From Marsupella aquatica (lineage: Eukaryota > Plantae > Marchantiophyta): DNA of 64,000 bases. The notes beneath the pieces were generated by a model. The model worked only from the letters and a program-made list of their open reading frames with translations, had not been told where the DNA came from and did no database searches. The DNA lies in contig OZ316892.1 in NCBI GenBank assembly GCA_973895155.1, positions 6,741,251-6,805,250 of the forward strand, read 5' to 3'. The position numbers and the translations under genes were made by a program. This document shows positions 23,901 to 35,894 of this stretch, in pieces (the stretch's first letter is position 1; every line of letters begins with the position of its first letter).

Positions 23901-25300
23901 AAAAAGATGGACCCACGGAGGATGCTGAGAAGATATTTAAGGCTCGGTTGGTAGCCAAGGGTTTTACTCAACTGAAAGGTATAGACTACAATGAGGTTTT
24001 TTCACCCGTAGCAAAGTATTCAACAATACGTTTGCTATGTGCTCTTGTAGTTTTATTTGATCTGGTTTTAGATCAAATGGATGTTGTCACGACATTCTTA
24101 TATGGATCGTTGGATGAGGTGATTTACATGAGGCAACTAGAGGGTTTTGTGCAAAAGGGCAAGGAAAATTTGGTATGCAGGTTGCTAAAATCCTTGTATG
24201 GATTAAAGCAGAGCCCAAGGCAGTGGAACAAGCGTTTTGATGAATTGTTGAAATCGCTTGGATTTGTGCGAAGCGTGTACGATCCATGTGTTTACATCAG
24301 GCGTGTCAACAACACAGGTTTTAAGTTTGTCATCTTTGTACTTTATGTGGATGACATGCTCATTGCAACAAAGGATAGGGGCAAAGTTGATAAGCTTAAG
24401 GCCCAACTCAGTTCTAAGTTTAAGATGAAGGATTTGAGCACAGCCAAGAGGATCCTAGGCATGGAGATTGTTAGGGATGTTAACAAAACCAAACTTTGGC
24501 TGACGCAGAAAAGATATGCAGAGAAGGTACTCTCAAAATTCAACATGGCAGATGCTAAGGCTGTGAGTGTTCCTTTGGCAAAGCATTTCAATATTTCTAC
24601 AACATTTTGTCCATCGGATGCGACAAAATTTTTTTTGATGTCCAAAGTTCCTTATGAAAGTGTTGTGGGTAGTTTAATGTATCTCATGGTATGCACCCAA
24701 CCAGACATAGCTTATGCCGTTTGCGTAAGCAGATACATGGCAAATCCAGAAAAAGTTCATTGGGAAGCAGTGAAATGGATTTTGCGCTACATCAGAGGTT
24801 CCACTAAAAAGGGTTTATTGTTTGATGCAAGTTCAAACAATATGAAAGTGCTTCAAGGTTATGTGGATGCAGACTACGCAGGTGATCTGGATAAGAGGAG
24901 ATCGACAACTGGATATGTATTTACACTTGCTGGTGGATGCATTAGTTGGAAGTCTACTCTCCAAAAGTGTGTTGCAAAGTCTACTATGGATGCCGAGTAT
25001 GTAGCGGCAGCAGAAGCAGCATCAGAGACCATTTGGTTGAAAAAGCTTGTAATGGAGATGGGCTTATCACAAGATTGTGTCTATCTTCATTGTGACAGTC
25101 AAAGTACAATTTACACTGCCAAGAATCAGGTGATGGATGGTAGGGTAAAGCACATTGATGTTCGCTATCATTTCATCCGACAGGCATTATCGAATGATGA
25201 GTTTGAGCTTGTCAAGATTGATGGAAAGCTTAATCCAGCGGATGTTTTCACCAAAGTATTAGACTCCAATAGTTTTTCAAGGCATTGTAATTATTTATAA
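20980..25300 (+). pseudogene. Copia gag-pol polyprotein, disrupted by a MITE and four in-frame stops
   Basis: Motifs: FEVEKFDG (gag start), CWKCDKVGHMKKDC (zinc knuckle), WILDSACSYHM (protease), LWHARLGH and HSDVWGP/SDNGGE (integrase), KARLVAKGF/YVDDML (RT), DADYAG (RNase H). ORFs 21680, 22559 and 23126 share one frame. Confidence 0.93.
21193..21488. mobile_element. 296-bp MITE inserted in copia gag, 8-bp TSD
   Basis: TSD TGAAAAAC at 21185-21192 and 21489-21496. 15-bp TIRs CCCTGGGGAATCACT / AGTGATTCTTCAGGG (13/15 match). Removing it restores the gag frame (MYLKN|NVKKQF...). Confidence 0.9.
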
Positions 25301-25503
25301 ATATTGTAAATATAGAGTTAACTAAGAAAATGTCTCTATATGAGTACTCCATCCAATGGCTTATCGGTTACGGCTTAGTTCTAGTTAACCCTTGCATTAG
25401 GGGGAGGGTCTTTTGGCCCTACTATCTTGAACTTCACGCGGAGGAACTTGTAAGGAAAAGACAATGTTATGAACCCTCCCAAGACGTGAGTCAAGGGGGA
25501 GTT

Positions 25504-25811
25504 TGTAAAGGTTAACTCAGTCTTGGGTTGAACTATGGTTAGTATGTTAACTAGGGTTAAAGTAAACCCTAGTTGAAGAGATTGGTCCTTATCTCTTCAA
25601 CTTCTATGTGGTGTGAGAACACACAAGAGAGTTCTCAAGAAAGAACACACTGATAAAGCAAGAGATGAGAGCTATGGTGATGCTTGAGTAGACACATAAC
25701 CGTTAATAAAACTTGGTCTTCCCGTGGATGTAGCCAACCTTAAGGCGAACCACATAACTATTGAACACGTGTATGTTTGGAGTGGTTTTCCGGATCTGAT
25801 TTCTCCCCACA
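25504..25811 (+). repeat. 3' LTR of the copia element (308 bp)
   Basis: Preceded by the PPT; direct repeat of the 5' LTR. Confidence 0.95.
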
Positions 25812-27673
25812 AGGAGAAGGAATGAGAAAAAATGATTTCCCGGTGAAATCCATCTGGCTAATTTTTGCCACTTAAAGAGCCACTAGCGTGACAAAAAAGA
25901 AAAAGAAAAAAAAGACACTAGCCTGACATAAACATGGCTACACAGATTCACTAAGGACCAAGGTCCTCGCAGGACAGGAAAACGAATGGGAAAAAACGAG
26001 AAGAATTGAACACTTACTTTATATGGCCAGAGGTGGTTTAATGAAAACAGTGCAGGTTCTAGACTCTAGAGCTTCAGAGTGGAGGGGTCGTGTTCTGTGC
26101 CGTCCTCGTCCTTGGCTTGAGTCGAGGCGTCGTTCACGGCGGAAGGTCGACGACAACGACGATGGTGGGTGGAAGAAGCGAGTCAGCGACTACGGTGATT
26201 ATTAAGCTTATTCTGGTACCTCCGATGACGCCAAGAACCTAGATTCTGCCGGCGGAGGATGACTGTGCTGCACGCACGGCCTCCTTCCACGCCATAAAAG
26301 TCGTGGCATCGCAACAGGAAATCAGGATCGGACATTGAGCCTCTCTGGCTTATTTTTCCTAAAAAGCCGGACCCTGAGCTGGCTGGCCAGTGAGGTGCGC
26401 CACATTTCCATCCGGGGCAACGGTAGACCTGCTAGAATCTAGATCCACAAAAAGAGGCCTCAGAGTCGATTTTTATTTTCCCCTGTCAGCTTTCATTGCG
26501 TGGAGAATGTGGCCGTTCGTCTAACGCAATTCATTTTATGTCGTGGTCAACTCTTTGCGCGGATCGATCTGTGGTACCCTGCAGCCAGGTCCAGTGCGAT
26601 TCCTTCTCGTAGGCATCGGAAGCAGACTGAACCGTCTAGCTGCCCCGATCGATCCGAGTCGATTCCTGTATCTAGAGCACCACAATTGATGTGTAAGACA
26701 CCTGAATCTGTCGGAGTTCAGCTGCATCTGTTAGTGTGATTTCCTGTGGCTCCGAAATCTGACGCAGTGAAGCAAACAATTTGGAAAATCGAGAGCGTCG
26801 AAGTCAGCTACAGCATTGCCCTAGAGGCTCCAGTTTCAGAATTATGGTTATGAGGTGACATATTTGCCAATTTCGTGATGGAATCATGGCTTCGAGATGG
26901 ATTTGTCCGGTCTGTCTCGATTTATACTCAAAAGTGTAGCGGGCGATTGGTTTCAACCGACAAAGAATTGCTGAAGTGTGAGCGTTGCAGATTGCAAGAG
27001 CATTTCAAACGATTGGGGTCCTGATTTGGTGCGTTTCTTCCTCGGTATCTCTGACTCTGTAATACTTGGGGGAGATCTGCAGTGGATTTGCCGAGGCAAA
27101 GCTGTGTGGTCAAATTGAGAGATCTTTTCTTCGCTCGCTTGATATTGTGCTCGACTTGAAGCTTGAGCAGTGTCGTTCTGACATCTTTTGATTGTTCAAC
27201 TATCTTGTGGCCCAAGTGAGTTGATGCACGTTTGTTTTGTTACTGGCCCGTCCGCTGTATACAGAAGAGATAATCGAGGTTGCGCTATCGGTCAACGCAT
27301 GGAGGCGCTGTGGACTCCAGACTCAGGGTGAAGGAATTCATAATGACGCGAAATGGCAGTCAAAGTTATTCTTTCATTTATTAGTCACATTTTGGAAGAA
27401 AAACGGGGCGAGTCGCCTCATGGGCTGCAATATTCAACGATTTTTCTGTTGCAGCTGAGCAGACATAGGGTCTCATCATCGTAACGCATCTGAGTGTCAC
27501 TGTCTGATGAAGCAATTCACATTCCGTAAGTACTGCTACACTTCTTGGCGCACGTTACGACGAGATTTGCACGTTCTGAGTGGCATGGGCGCATTAATGA
27601 TGTCAAACCGAATCCTGTAAAGTAAATTTTAGTGAACTTCGTAGGGATTTCGAGTATCTAGATTCTAGAAGCG

Positions 27674-28948
27674 ATGGGAGCTGGAGTGAGAACGAGACCG
27701 AGTCAGCAACGGAGCTGTGTCCCGGCGAGATGGATTGGAGTGGGAGCTAGACATCTTGTGTGCACTTCTTTCCTGGGAATTTTGCTTTTCGGTCTGTTCT
27801 TGTCGCGGCGCACACTTCTACAAGTTCGAGATGGAAATTTTCTCTCACTTTCACGCAGTGAAAAATTCAAATTTCCAATATTTTATGGCAATTCAAACGA
27901 GACTTTATTGAGGTACTCGCTATTCAACCGAGCTGTTGCTATCGAACGGGAGAGAATCTTGTTTGTGTTGAAGGCGAGCGACTTTGGGAGAGCCAATCTC
28001 AAGCAAGTGGTGTTTCCGAACAAAACATCGCGAAGAGAAATCAGAGTGAAACAGGAGAGAGGTTGGCTTTTTCCATTCGCCACCCGAGCTGTCGAGCCGT
28101 TTTTTCCTCAATTCGTGCAGCTCGCAAAGGCGTGGTTGCGAGATAATAGTGACTTCAACCCTCGCGTAATGCAAGACTTGGTCCGAACAGTGAAGGGTCC
28201 TCTAGACAGGAGTGCGACAGCCTGGTCCAGAACGGCAGGAAATGAAGTAGACACCTCGAACTGGGGAGAGAGGTATCGAAGTTGCGCGGTGGTTGGCAAT
28301 AGCGGAGTACTTCTCAATGGAGATTATGGAGAAGCAATTGACAGCCATGAAATGGTGATTCGTTTAAACAACGCCGAAATCTACCCGTACACGAAACACG
28401 TGGGATCTAAAACAACTCTTTCCTTCATGAACAGCAATGTCTTGCGCACTTGTTCAGTGAGACCGGACTGCTGGTGCCAGACGTATGGAGACGAGGTCCC
28501 AATCATAGTCTATATTTGCCAGGCCAACCATCTGATCCACACAACTCGGTGTATGGCCGAGCACAAATCTCCTTTACTCGTAACGCCCTCCCATTTGGAC
28601 TCCTTGTCTGCTGCAATTGTGAAGTGGTATTCGGTCACGAATTTCATGCAGACAACGGGACTGCCAATGTCTGGGTGGGATTCAGTTCATCACGACGACT
28701 TCTTTCACTATTCGTCGGGCCTGGAAGCTGTTGTGGTCGCCTTGGGCATATGTGACAGCGTGGATATGTTCGGCTTTGGGAAGTTCGACGGTATGAAGCA
28801 CCACTATCACACCGGACAGAAGGAAGAGCTCAAACTCCACGATTACGCAGCCGAGTATCTCTTCTACGACGACCTCGTTCATAACAGGACAGTGCCTTTC
28901 CTCAGTGACGGCGGCATCTCTATCCCTCCCGTACGAATTTACTATTGA
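27674..28948 (+). CDS. GALT29A: Sialyltransferase-like GT29 glycosyltransferase, beta-1,6-galactosyltransferase GALT29A-like, 424 aa, intronless CDS
   Basis: Type II membrane anchor near the N-terminus. Sialylmotif L (CAVVGNSGVLLNGDYGEAIDSHEMVIRLNNA...VGSKT), motif S (YSSGLEAVVVALGICDSVDMFGF), HHYH and VS (HDYAAE). Confidence 0.92.
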   Translation: MGAGVRTRPSQQRSCVPARWIGVGARHLVCTSFLGILLFGLFLSRRTLLQVRDGNFLSLSRSEKFKFPIFYGNSNETLLRYSLFNRAVAIERERILFVLKASDFGRANLKQVVFPNKTSRREIRVKQERGWLFPFATRAVEPFFPQFVQLAKAWLRDNSDFNPRVMQDLVRTVKGPLDRSATAWSRTAGNEVDTSNWGERYRSCAVVGNSGVLLNGDYGEAIDSHEMVIRLNNAEIYPYTKHVGSKTTLSFMNSNVLRTCSVRPDCWCQTYGDEVPIIVYICQANHLIHTTRCMAEHKSPLLVTPSHLDSLSAAIVKWYSVTNFMQTTGLPMSGWDSVHHDDFFHYSSGLEAVVVALGICDSVDMFGFGKFDGMKHHYHTGQKEELKLHDYAAEYLFYDDLVHNRTVPFLSDGGISIPPVRIYY

Positions 28949-29265
28949 TCAGAGAGTACTCTACGAAGGTTGAATGGTTATTGGCCCCCATCAGCAAGAA
29001 TCACGGTCAGCCTACAATTTCTATGGCAGGCAATGATTCCACAGCATGCTACAACCCACCTGAGTACCTGAGTGGGTTGAGTGTGTGAACTGCTCAAGCA
29101 TTGACCTGCACTCGTCCATGTCAGAAGTTGTTGCAGCGCAGTAAAACCTCCACCAGGTGCTTTCGCTACCTGGCCGACTTTGGCCGGGTATCTTTAGCCA
29201 CATTTTTGCCCAAAGGGTCAATTGTTCTATACACGAACAGAAAGAAGGTGAAGACGGATCTAATG

Positions 29266-29737
29266 TTGATTCAAAATCTTGTTCCGGACGCACAACAAAT
29301 TCGCTGCATTTAATTAGCAGTCTTCTGGAATGCACAAATTCATTCAATCATCAGGGTTCCGGTAGTACTGTGATTAAAATATTGAGCAGTCGATCGTGCA
29401 GTCGACTAGATTGTCAAAACCTACACATAGACATAGTACCTTATGGTAGAGTAGAAGCTGGGAGAGTAGAGGCTGTATCGGTACAGTAGATGAAAGCCAG
29501 TCACACCCGGGCAGTCACAAGCTAGCTTGATTCAAAATCTTGTTCCGGACACACAAGAAATTCACTGGGCTTACTAGCGGCGTTAAGGAATGCACTTCTT
29601 TCAATCAAAAACACCATCAGGGTTCAGGTTGTGCCGTGATGGGAATCTAGAGTCGATTCAAATGTCAAAACCGACACAGGTACCATTGGGAGTAGACGAG
29701 GCACTATCGATACAGTAGATAGAAAGCCAGTCACAAG
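29266..29737. repeat. Diverged tandem duplication (~260 + ~210 bp) downstream of GALT29A
   Basis: ttgattcaaaatcttgttccggac at 29266 and 29527; tacagtagat...gaaagccagtcaca near both ends. Confidence 0.8.
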
Positions 29738-29880
29738 CTCCGTTGGTTCGTGGGGATTGCAACTCAGTCGCGTCGTGATGCTGTGTCGGTCAGAGTCCCA
29801 AACCCTGATGCTCGCTTGGTAATGGTACAGTAGATTATTACTTCGAGCCGATCGACGAGTTAATCTCCAGCATCATCTGT

Positions 29881-29986
29881 AAGAAATCGTAAATAAAACT
29901 GATGGCAAGTAATCGTTAAGTAATACTGATGGCAAGAAATCGTTAAGTAATACTGATGGCAAGACATCGTTAGCCAATCTGATGGC
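29881..29986. repeat. 27-bp minisatellite, about 4 copies
   Basis: Units of aag(a/t)aatcgttaagtaatactgatggc. Confidence 0.85.
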
Positions 29987-30543
29987 GTTGGAGACGCACG
30001 CCCATTGCCGCGCGGAGACACTTTCACGGTCAATACCTTTGAATTGTTGTGCACGCAGTCGCAATACGTATCGGAATCATCAAAACCCACGACTCCAAGC
30101 GAGCACCTCATCGGTCCTCACCACTGCGAATCCACTCCATCCTGCCAGGCGGAGATCTCCAGGGTTCCAACGCAGTAATAAGTCTGTTGCTCTATCGATG
30201 ATTCGATCCACTCCCAGTTTGCTTTCGTCTATTTTTGGCTCCGACACGGACCGACCGCACCAGCCTGGCGGCGACTTCTTGGAGCATCGCCGCCTCAACC
30301 CGACGTGATTGCGAATCCCGCAGGTGGGTAATTATCATTCTGGCAGAGTGATGCGGCTTCGGGAATACCATCGATGGCTCGCTCGTGCTGGAGCACAATC
30401 ATGCACGACTCTGCGGTTGAAATGGGGGCAGAAGTCCTGCGGATGATGAGCTCTAAGTGTGTCGGCGAGCATCTTCCAGTCTCCTTGCTTCGCAATTTCT
30501 TTGCAATTTCCTGGCGTTCAAGTGCGAGCCAATCGAGTATCCA

Positions 30544-31145
30544 GATTGCCTTTCTGGTAAATGCACATAATAAAACACTGCGTGTATATTTGTGCCCACA
30601 GAGATTGGCTTTCTGGTAGATGCACATTAAAAAAACACAGCTTGTACTTGGGCCCACACATCCGCCTAATTTTCCATACCATGATATGTCTGATAGTTGT
30701 GAACGATTGCCTTTCTGGTAAATGCACACACAAGACCACAGCTTGTACTGTGCCCACAAATTGGCCTAATTTTCCATACCACGATTAACCTGACAGTTGT
30801 TAAACATTGCCTTTCTGGTAAATGCACATATAAAACCACAGCGTGTACTTTGTGCCCACAAATTGGCCTGATTTTCCTTATGCATACCAAGGTACTCCTG
30901 ATAGTTGTTAAATATCATTTATTGTTGATATATAAAAAGAACTGTGATTTTCCATGCAGCAATAAACCTGATATTATTAAATGTCATTGAGTGTTGTTAT
31001 ATCCAAAACACTGCAATTTTCCATACCATGAAAAACCTGTTAGTTGTTAAATGTCATTGAGAGTTGTTATATACAAAATACTGCAGGAGAACAAAAGGAG
31101 ACACACCTCTTTGTATCATTGTTGTTATATATAAAACACTGCAAG
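30544..31145. repeat. Composite tandem array (~100-bp units grading into ~70-bp units)
   Basis: attg(c/g)ctttctggta(a/g)atgcaca at ~30545, 30604, 30707 and 30806, then repeats of gttgttaaatgtcattga...aaaacactgca. Confidence 0.8.
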
Positions 31146-33978
31146 AGAACAAAAGGCACCACACCTCTTGTGGGTCAAGAGTTTTGCTAAAAGTAAAGCA
31201 CTGCCGGAGAACAAAGCGCACCAAACTGGGCGACAGGATCCCAAAGGCAACCAAAAAGCCACTAGCCCTGGAGACCTGAACACAGAGAAATGAACTAAAG
31301 CCCTACTGAGCGAGGTACTGAGATGCTTTCTTGGAGTACACCGCATAAAAGGGTCATGTGTTGTTCATTCTGCATACTTAGCAAGGTACATATGGTAGGC
31401 TACTACTTTTTATGTGCAGTTACCAGTAAATTCTCATGGACGGCATTGCAGACCACACTTTGGTCAGGTCATGGGCGAGTAAAGTGAACTTGTCCTAAGT
31501 GCACACTCCTGGGAAGAAGCAGAGCCTTGCACTACATGATAAGTAAGAAGAATGTTGAGGCACTCCAGCTAGCACTACATAAAAGAGGTCTACATAGGAT
31601 TTTGTGCTCTGACCTATAAGTGTACATCGGGGTGTGCATACCCTTCTAGAAGGTTTTTGCACTAACCATATTTGTCGTTTGGTGAAGCCCTCTTTGCACT
31701 TCCAAAAAGTACCAGACACCTTGCAATTAGGGGCAGTTAGGGCTGGATTTGTGATTATGGACTGTGCATACCGTGGTGGGTCATCTTTCACCTCTTCTTC
31801 AGAGCATCACTCAGTGTCCCGCTCTGTGTTGACCTACACAAGTAACTATCATCATTCAAAAAGTCATCTCTAACAGATTCATTGCTATCCGGTTTTCAAG
31901 TTGACAGAAAGCACTCACTGAATTGAAAAATGACATGTCCAGCCCCCATCTCTTTAACCCAGGTTCGAACTGCATCTCAACCCTGCTTTGAACTTCAGTT
32001 ACAGCATCCTTTTTCAGATTCAAAAGGCATGCTGGCACTCTGAGGGCGGTGTTCAGGTTAGATAAAACTACGAATGAAAGCTAGCAATCCCGAATGAACA
32101 AAAAATGTTCTTGAAATATGACATATGCGGTCTTCTGAGGGATACCATGCAAAGGGGTACCTATGCTCTCTTTGTGCTCTCGATGTCCATAGTAACCCCT
32201 TTGGTCAACCTTATTTCTTAACTCAGGTTTGAACTGGCCTTCTACCACAAACCAAGGGGACACCAATGCTCTCATTATCTCTGGGGTCTCACTATATGGG
32301 AAAACTTCATCTAAAAATTAATCATGCTTTTTTTACCCCTACTTTTTTTCTTTTTCTTTTAATATTTAAAGAGTAAATCTGTGAAACCTCACCAAAACAG
32401 AATTGTCAACCACAACATCTGAACTCTAGATCTATAAGTCTTAACTCAAGTGAGCTACCACACAGCCATGTCTCTCTAATGTGGAATATTCCAATGGTTT
32501 TAAGAACCCTATTTCTCTTCTAAGTCTCAAGATTATATTTGTAAATTAAGACTCTAATTTTGTAAGTCTTCCATTAGAATCAATAATCTAAAGATCCTAT
32601 CCTTTGTTGCACATGATGTGTTGTTTTTGTGGAAGCTAGCTAGACCCCTAGCTTGTCATTCTCTTGACATGCATTTGCATCACTTTCAACTGTGCTCACA
32701 ATGTTTTTTTTCAGCTCAAATTTCATCACATGACCCCCCTTCATAAAGATGAACAAGTTGTTGAGAGAAGGGAAGGCTGGAAGCTACATGGGAAACCCCA
32801 AACATCTCTCCCCTTGTCGTTGTTCATTCATTTGAGGGCCTCTTTCCATTCCAAATTGAGGCTTGTGTGGGAGAGAATTTCTTGATGGGGATCAAGAACA
32901 CAAATACATGCTTGATGGGGCATTGAAGTCTGTTCAAGGGTCTATTAGTATGCAAATGTTTTGATCTGAAGCTGCTATAGTTATGCAAAACATTTGTTAC
33001 AAGAACAGTGCAGAATCATTCACAAGTTTATATCTCAGGATGATAGGACAAAATCTTCAACAGATTGCGCAACTAAAATTTCACATGCTGTTCTGATTGA
33101 ACATGTTCCAAAATTCGAGAATTACCTTGGTGACAGAATGCATTTGGTGAAGATCAATTTTTAAAAAGTACGTTAGTGAAGATCATTGGCATAAATTTAT
33201 GGATCCACACACCCCAATATGCCAACGATACCCCTCCCTGACCTCAGACCCTCAACTCCTATTTTAAATCATTTTGACTTGTTGTTGACTTTAGTTTGAC
33301 CTTGGGAGATCCTATCTCTGCCGACATATTTGTCAGCTTTAGAAGATTAATAGATCATTATAAGAAGCTTATTAGATTTTTAGAAGCTTCCAGTAATTAT
33401 GTGTTTAAGGGGAAAGTCTTGAATCGCTCTCATGCCAAATAATCTCTATCCAGTCACTCTTGGTAGGACAGAGTGGAACTTGAATTAAGGGTGGTGTGAC
33501 TGTAGGGTAGAACTTCAAGCTATGGGGGTTGGCAAAGTGAGTTTGCTGGCCTAATATGTTTAGGATAGCACAAAATCATTTGCTGATGATCTCATTGTTA
33601 GGATCATGTGAACAGAGTTGTCATGCCCTAGTTGGGGGATACAATCTTATTCAAAAATAGAAAACTTCCATTCCATGTTGGGATGAAAGAACCAGCCCTA
33701 TTCATGCTGGCACTGGAGAAAGAATATTAATGCTTTTGTGGATGTAGTTTGTTATTATGCTGGGGTTCATAATGTAGTAAACTCTCCATTTAAATTGCTT
33801 TGATTTGGCTGAATTCTTTCAACTTTTGTCCTTGAAGCTCCTCTGGGTTGTTACAAGCTTAAGGCAAGGGAGTGTTATCTTAAGGTTCAGATTTCTGGTT
33901 AGATTCAAATGATAATTGTCAAATATTACCTGATCCCAAATATGCAAGCTAAGCCATTGAAGCAGGTGCATCCAAATA

Positions 33979-34516
33979 GGTCCAAACATCTCTTACTAAC
34001 CTGTCCCCCAAACTACCCAATATTACTAATGTGCAAAGCCAAATCAAAGCCATTTAAATGGAGCAGGAAATGGAAAGTTTACTACATTATGGAGCTTTTA
34101 CTAACCCGTCCCCCATTTTGTATTTGGGTCAGTATTAACTCTTATACAGGTTCCGGTTTTCATGTGGCAAGTAACTATTGGCTAGCTTTAACCCACTGCC
34201 ATCCCAGCTGTGTTTTCGGGAGTAAAAATTGTGGGCCAAAAGTGTCAGGTTTTTTTAGGGGAGTGTAAATTAAAAAATGACGTAGTTTTCCCCTCCCGGA
34301 TCTGCAACTGTGCCTTGCAACAGGGAACAAGGGCTGAGGGGGGTGCCGATGGGTTGAGGCTAGCCAGTAGTGAGTTGCCACATGGCAGTGAGAACCCTAT
34401 ATGAGTTTATACTAACCCGGATACAAAATGGGGGCGAGTGATCATTAATTTTGTTTGGGGGCATGTTAGTGATATTGGGTAGTTTCGGGGACAGGTTAGT
34501 AATATGCTGTAGGTCC
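33979..34516. mobile_element. Foldback/Mutator-like MITE with long imperfect TIRs
   Basis: ttactaacctgtcccccaaactacccaatattactaa pairs with ttagtgatattgggtagtttcggggacaggttagtaa, and 34100-34205 pairs with 34340-34440. No clean TSD found. Confidence 0.7.
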
Positions 34517-35690
34517 AAATTGGCTACAGTAGTGTTGTTATCTTATGAACTTGAACTTATCTCAAAAGCTGAATAAACTTTGCAATTGAGGGTACTTGGT
34601 ATCTTTTTGTCCATGGTTTCTGTGAAGCATGGATAAGTTCTCACTATTATTCTCTTCTCTCTACTATTCTTTGTAAGGAGTTCTAACATTTAAGTCCAAG
34701 CAATGGCTCTGTGAGCTTGTGCAGTATAGCAAATCCTTGAAGTAGTTGTCCCACCTGCTCACAATTATGAAAAAAAACACTACAAAAGAGGCTAGAGAGG
34801 ACAAGTAGTTGTGCCACCTCCACCTCAATCTACCTCCTTTCAGTTTGTTGCTCAGTAGGGCTTTAGTTCTTATGTCTTTTTGGTCCACTCTTGGGCTTTA
34901 CCTTTTGCTGGGTTCTCCCCTGGTTTTACCCCTTTCTTAAGTCTCCTGCACTTGGGATCCTGTCTCCCAAATGTGCACTTCTTGCTCTTTGGCAGTGTCA
35001 TATGGTGCATAGAAGCAAAGGCACCAGGCTCTACAAGGCTTTTCAGTTTGCTGTTCAGTAGACTTTAGTTGACAGTTGTTTTAGACTTTTGGGCTGTTTT
35101 TTTTTTGCCTCGAAAAAACCAATTGAAATTCATCCAAAAATCCAGCATACCAAAAGGGTGGCCCACAAGAGGGGGTCAGCACCCGGGGGGACCAAAGGTT
35201 GAGTAGCCCAGAGGACCGGAGAGGACGGCACCAGGAGAGAAGCAGGCCCCAAAGAAAGGAAGCCAAACCAGAAATTTAACCACTACAGAAAGATTGGCAA
35301 ACCCCAAAAGACCGGTCAGTGAACAGGTGCTGGCGGGGCGCCTAACAGTGAATCCGCGATAGAAAGAACTATCAGTCTAGCCTGACTACTTCTACTCCTG
35401 CAAATGGATCACACTCATTGTGGTCTAGGCGGGACTGGAGGGACCTGCAAACTGTCTTCATGAATTTTCCACAGAGCAGACCATGATCTGTAGTTGATGG
35501 TCTCAGGGCTGTTTGGTCCTCCTGGGGTTTCCCTAAACCTAAACCCTAAACTTTTGGGCTATTTTAGCTCTTAAAGTTTGGGCTCTTTGGTCTTCCTGGG
35601 GTTTCCCTTGTTTGACCCTGTCATTGGGTCTCCCTTTGTGGAAATTTTTTGCTAGATTCCACCCCTCTTCACCAGTTTTGGCAAGAAATC

Positions 35691-35894
35691 ACTAAATTTT
35701 CTGTCATTCATTAGCTAGTTTCCCACACAGTCGCACACCCCATTAGCCAGCATCTAACTGTAATCCTTTACTCTAGGGAGATCTGATAGCCAACTAAAAT
35801 TTCTGTCATTCATTAGCTAGTTTCCAACGTACTCACACACCCCATTAGCCAGCATCTAACTGTAATCCTTTACTCTAGGGAGATCTGATAGCCA
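35691..35894. repeat. Tandem duplication, 2 x 102 bp
   Basis: actaaa.tttctgtcattcattagctag...ctagggagatctgatagcca at 35691 and 35793. Confidence 0.9.

Larger units (their letters stand above)
19469..25811 (+). mobile_element. Full-length Ty1/copia LTR retrotransposon (inactivated)
   Basis: TG...CA LTRs at 19469-19808 and 25504-25811. TSD AGGAG (19464-19468, 25812-25816). PBS TGGTATCAGAGC (19811-19822, tRNA-iMet). PPT AAGGGGGAG (25493-25501). Domain order gag-PR-IN-RT-RH. Confidence 0.97.

Noticed and set aside
29881-31145. Regularly spaced repeats resembling a CRISPR array
   Set aside because: The units are contiguous tandem copies without unique spacers, the context is eukaryotic, and there are no cas genes.
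31400-32280. Minus-strand ORF fragments, possibly a decayed transposase
   Set aside because: Similarity too vague to assign.
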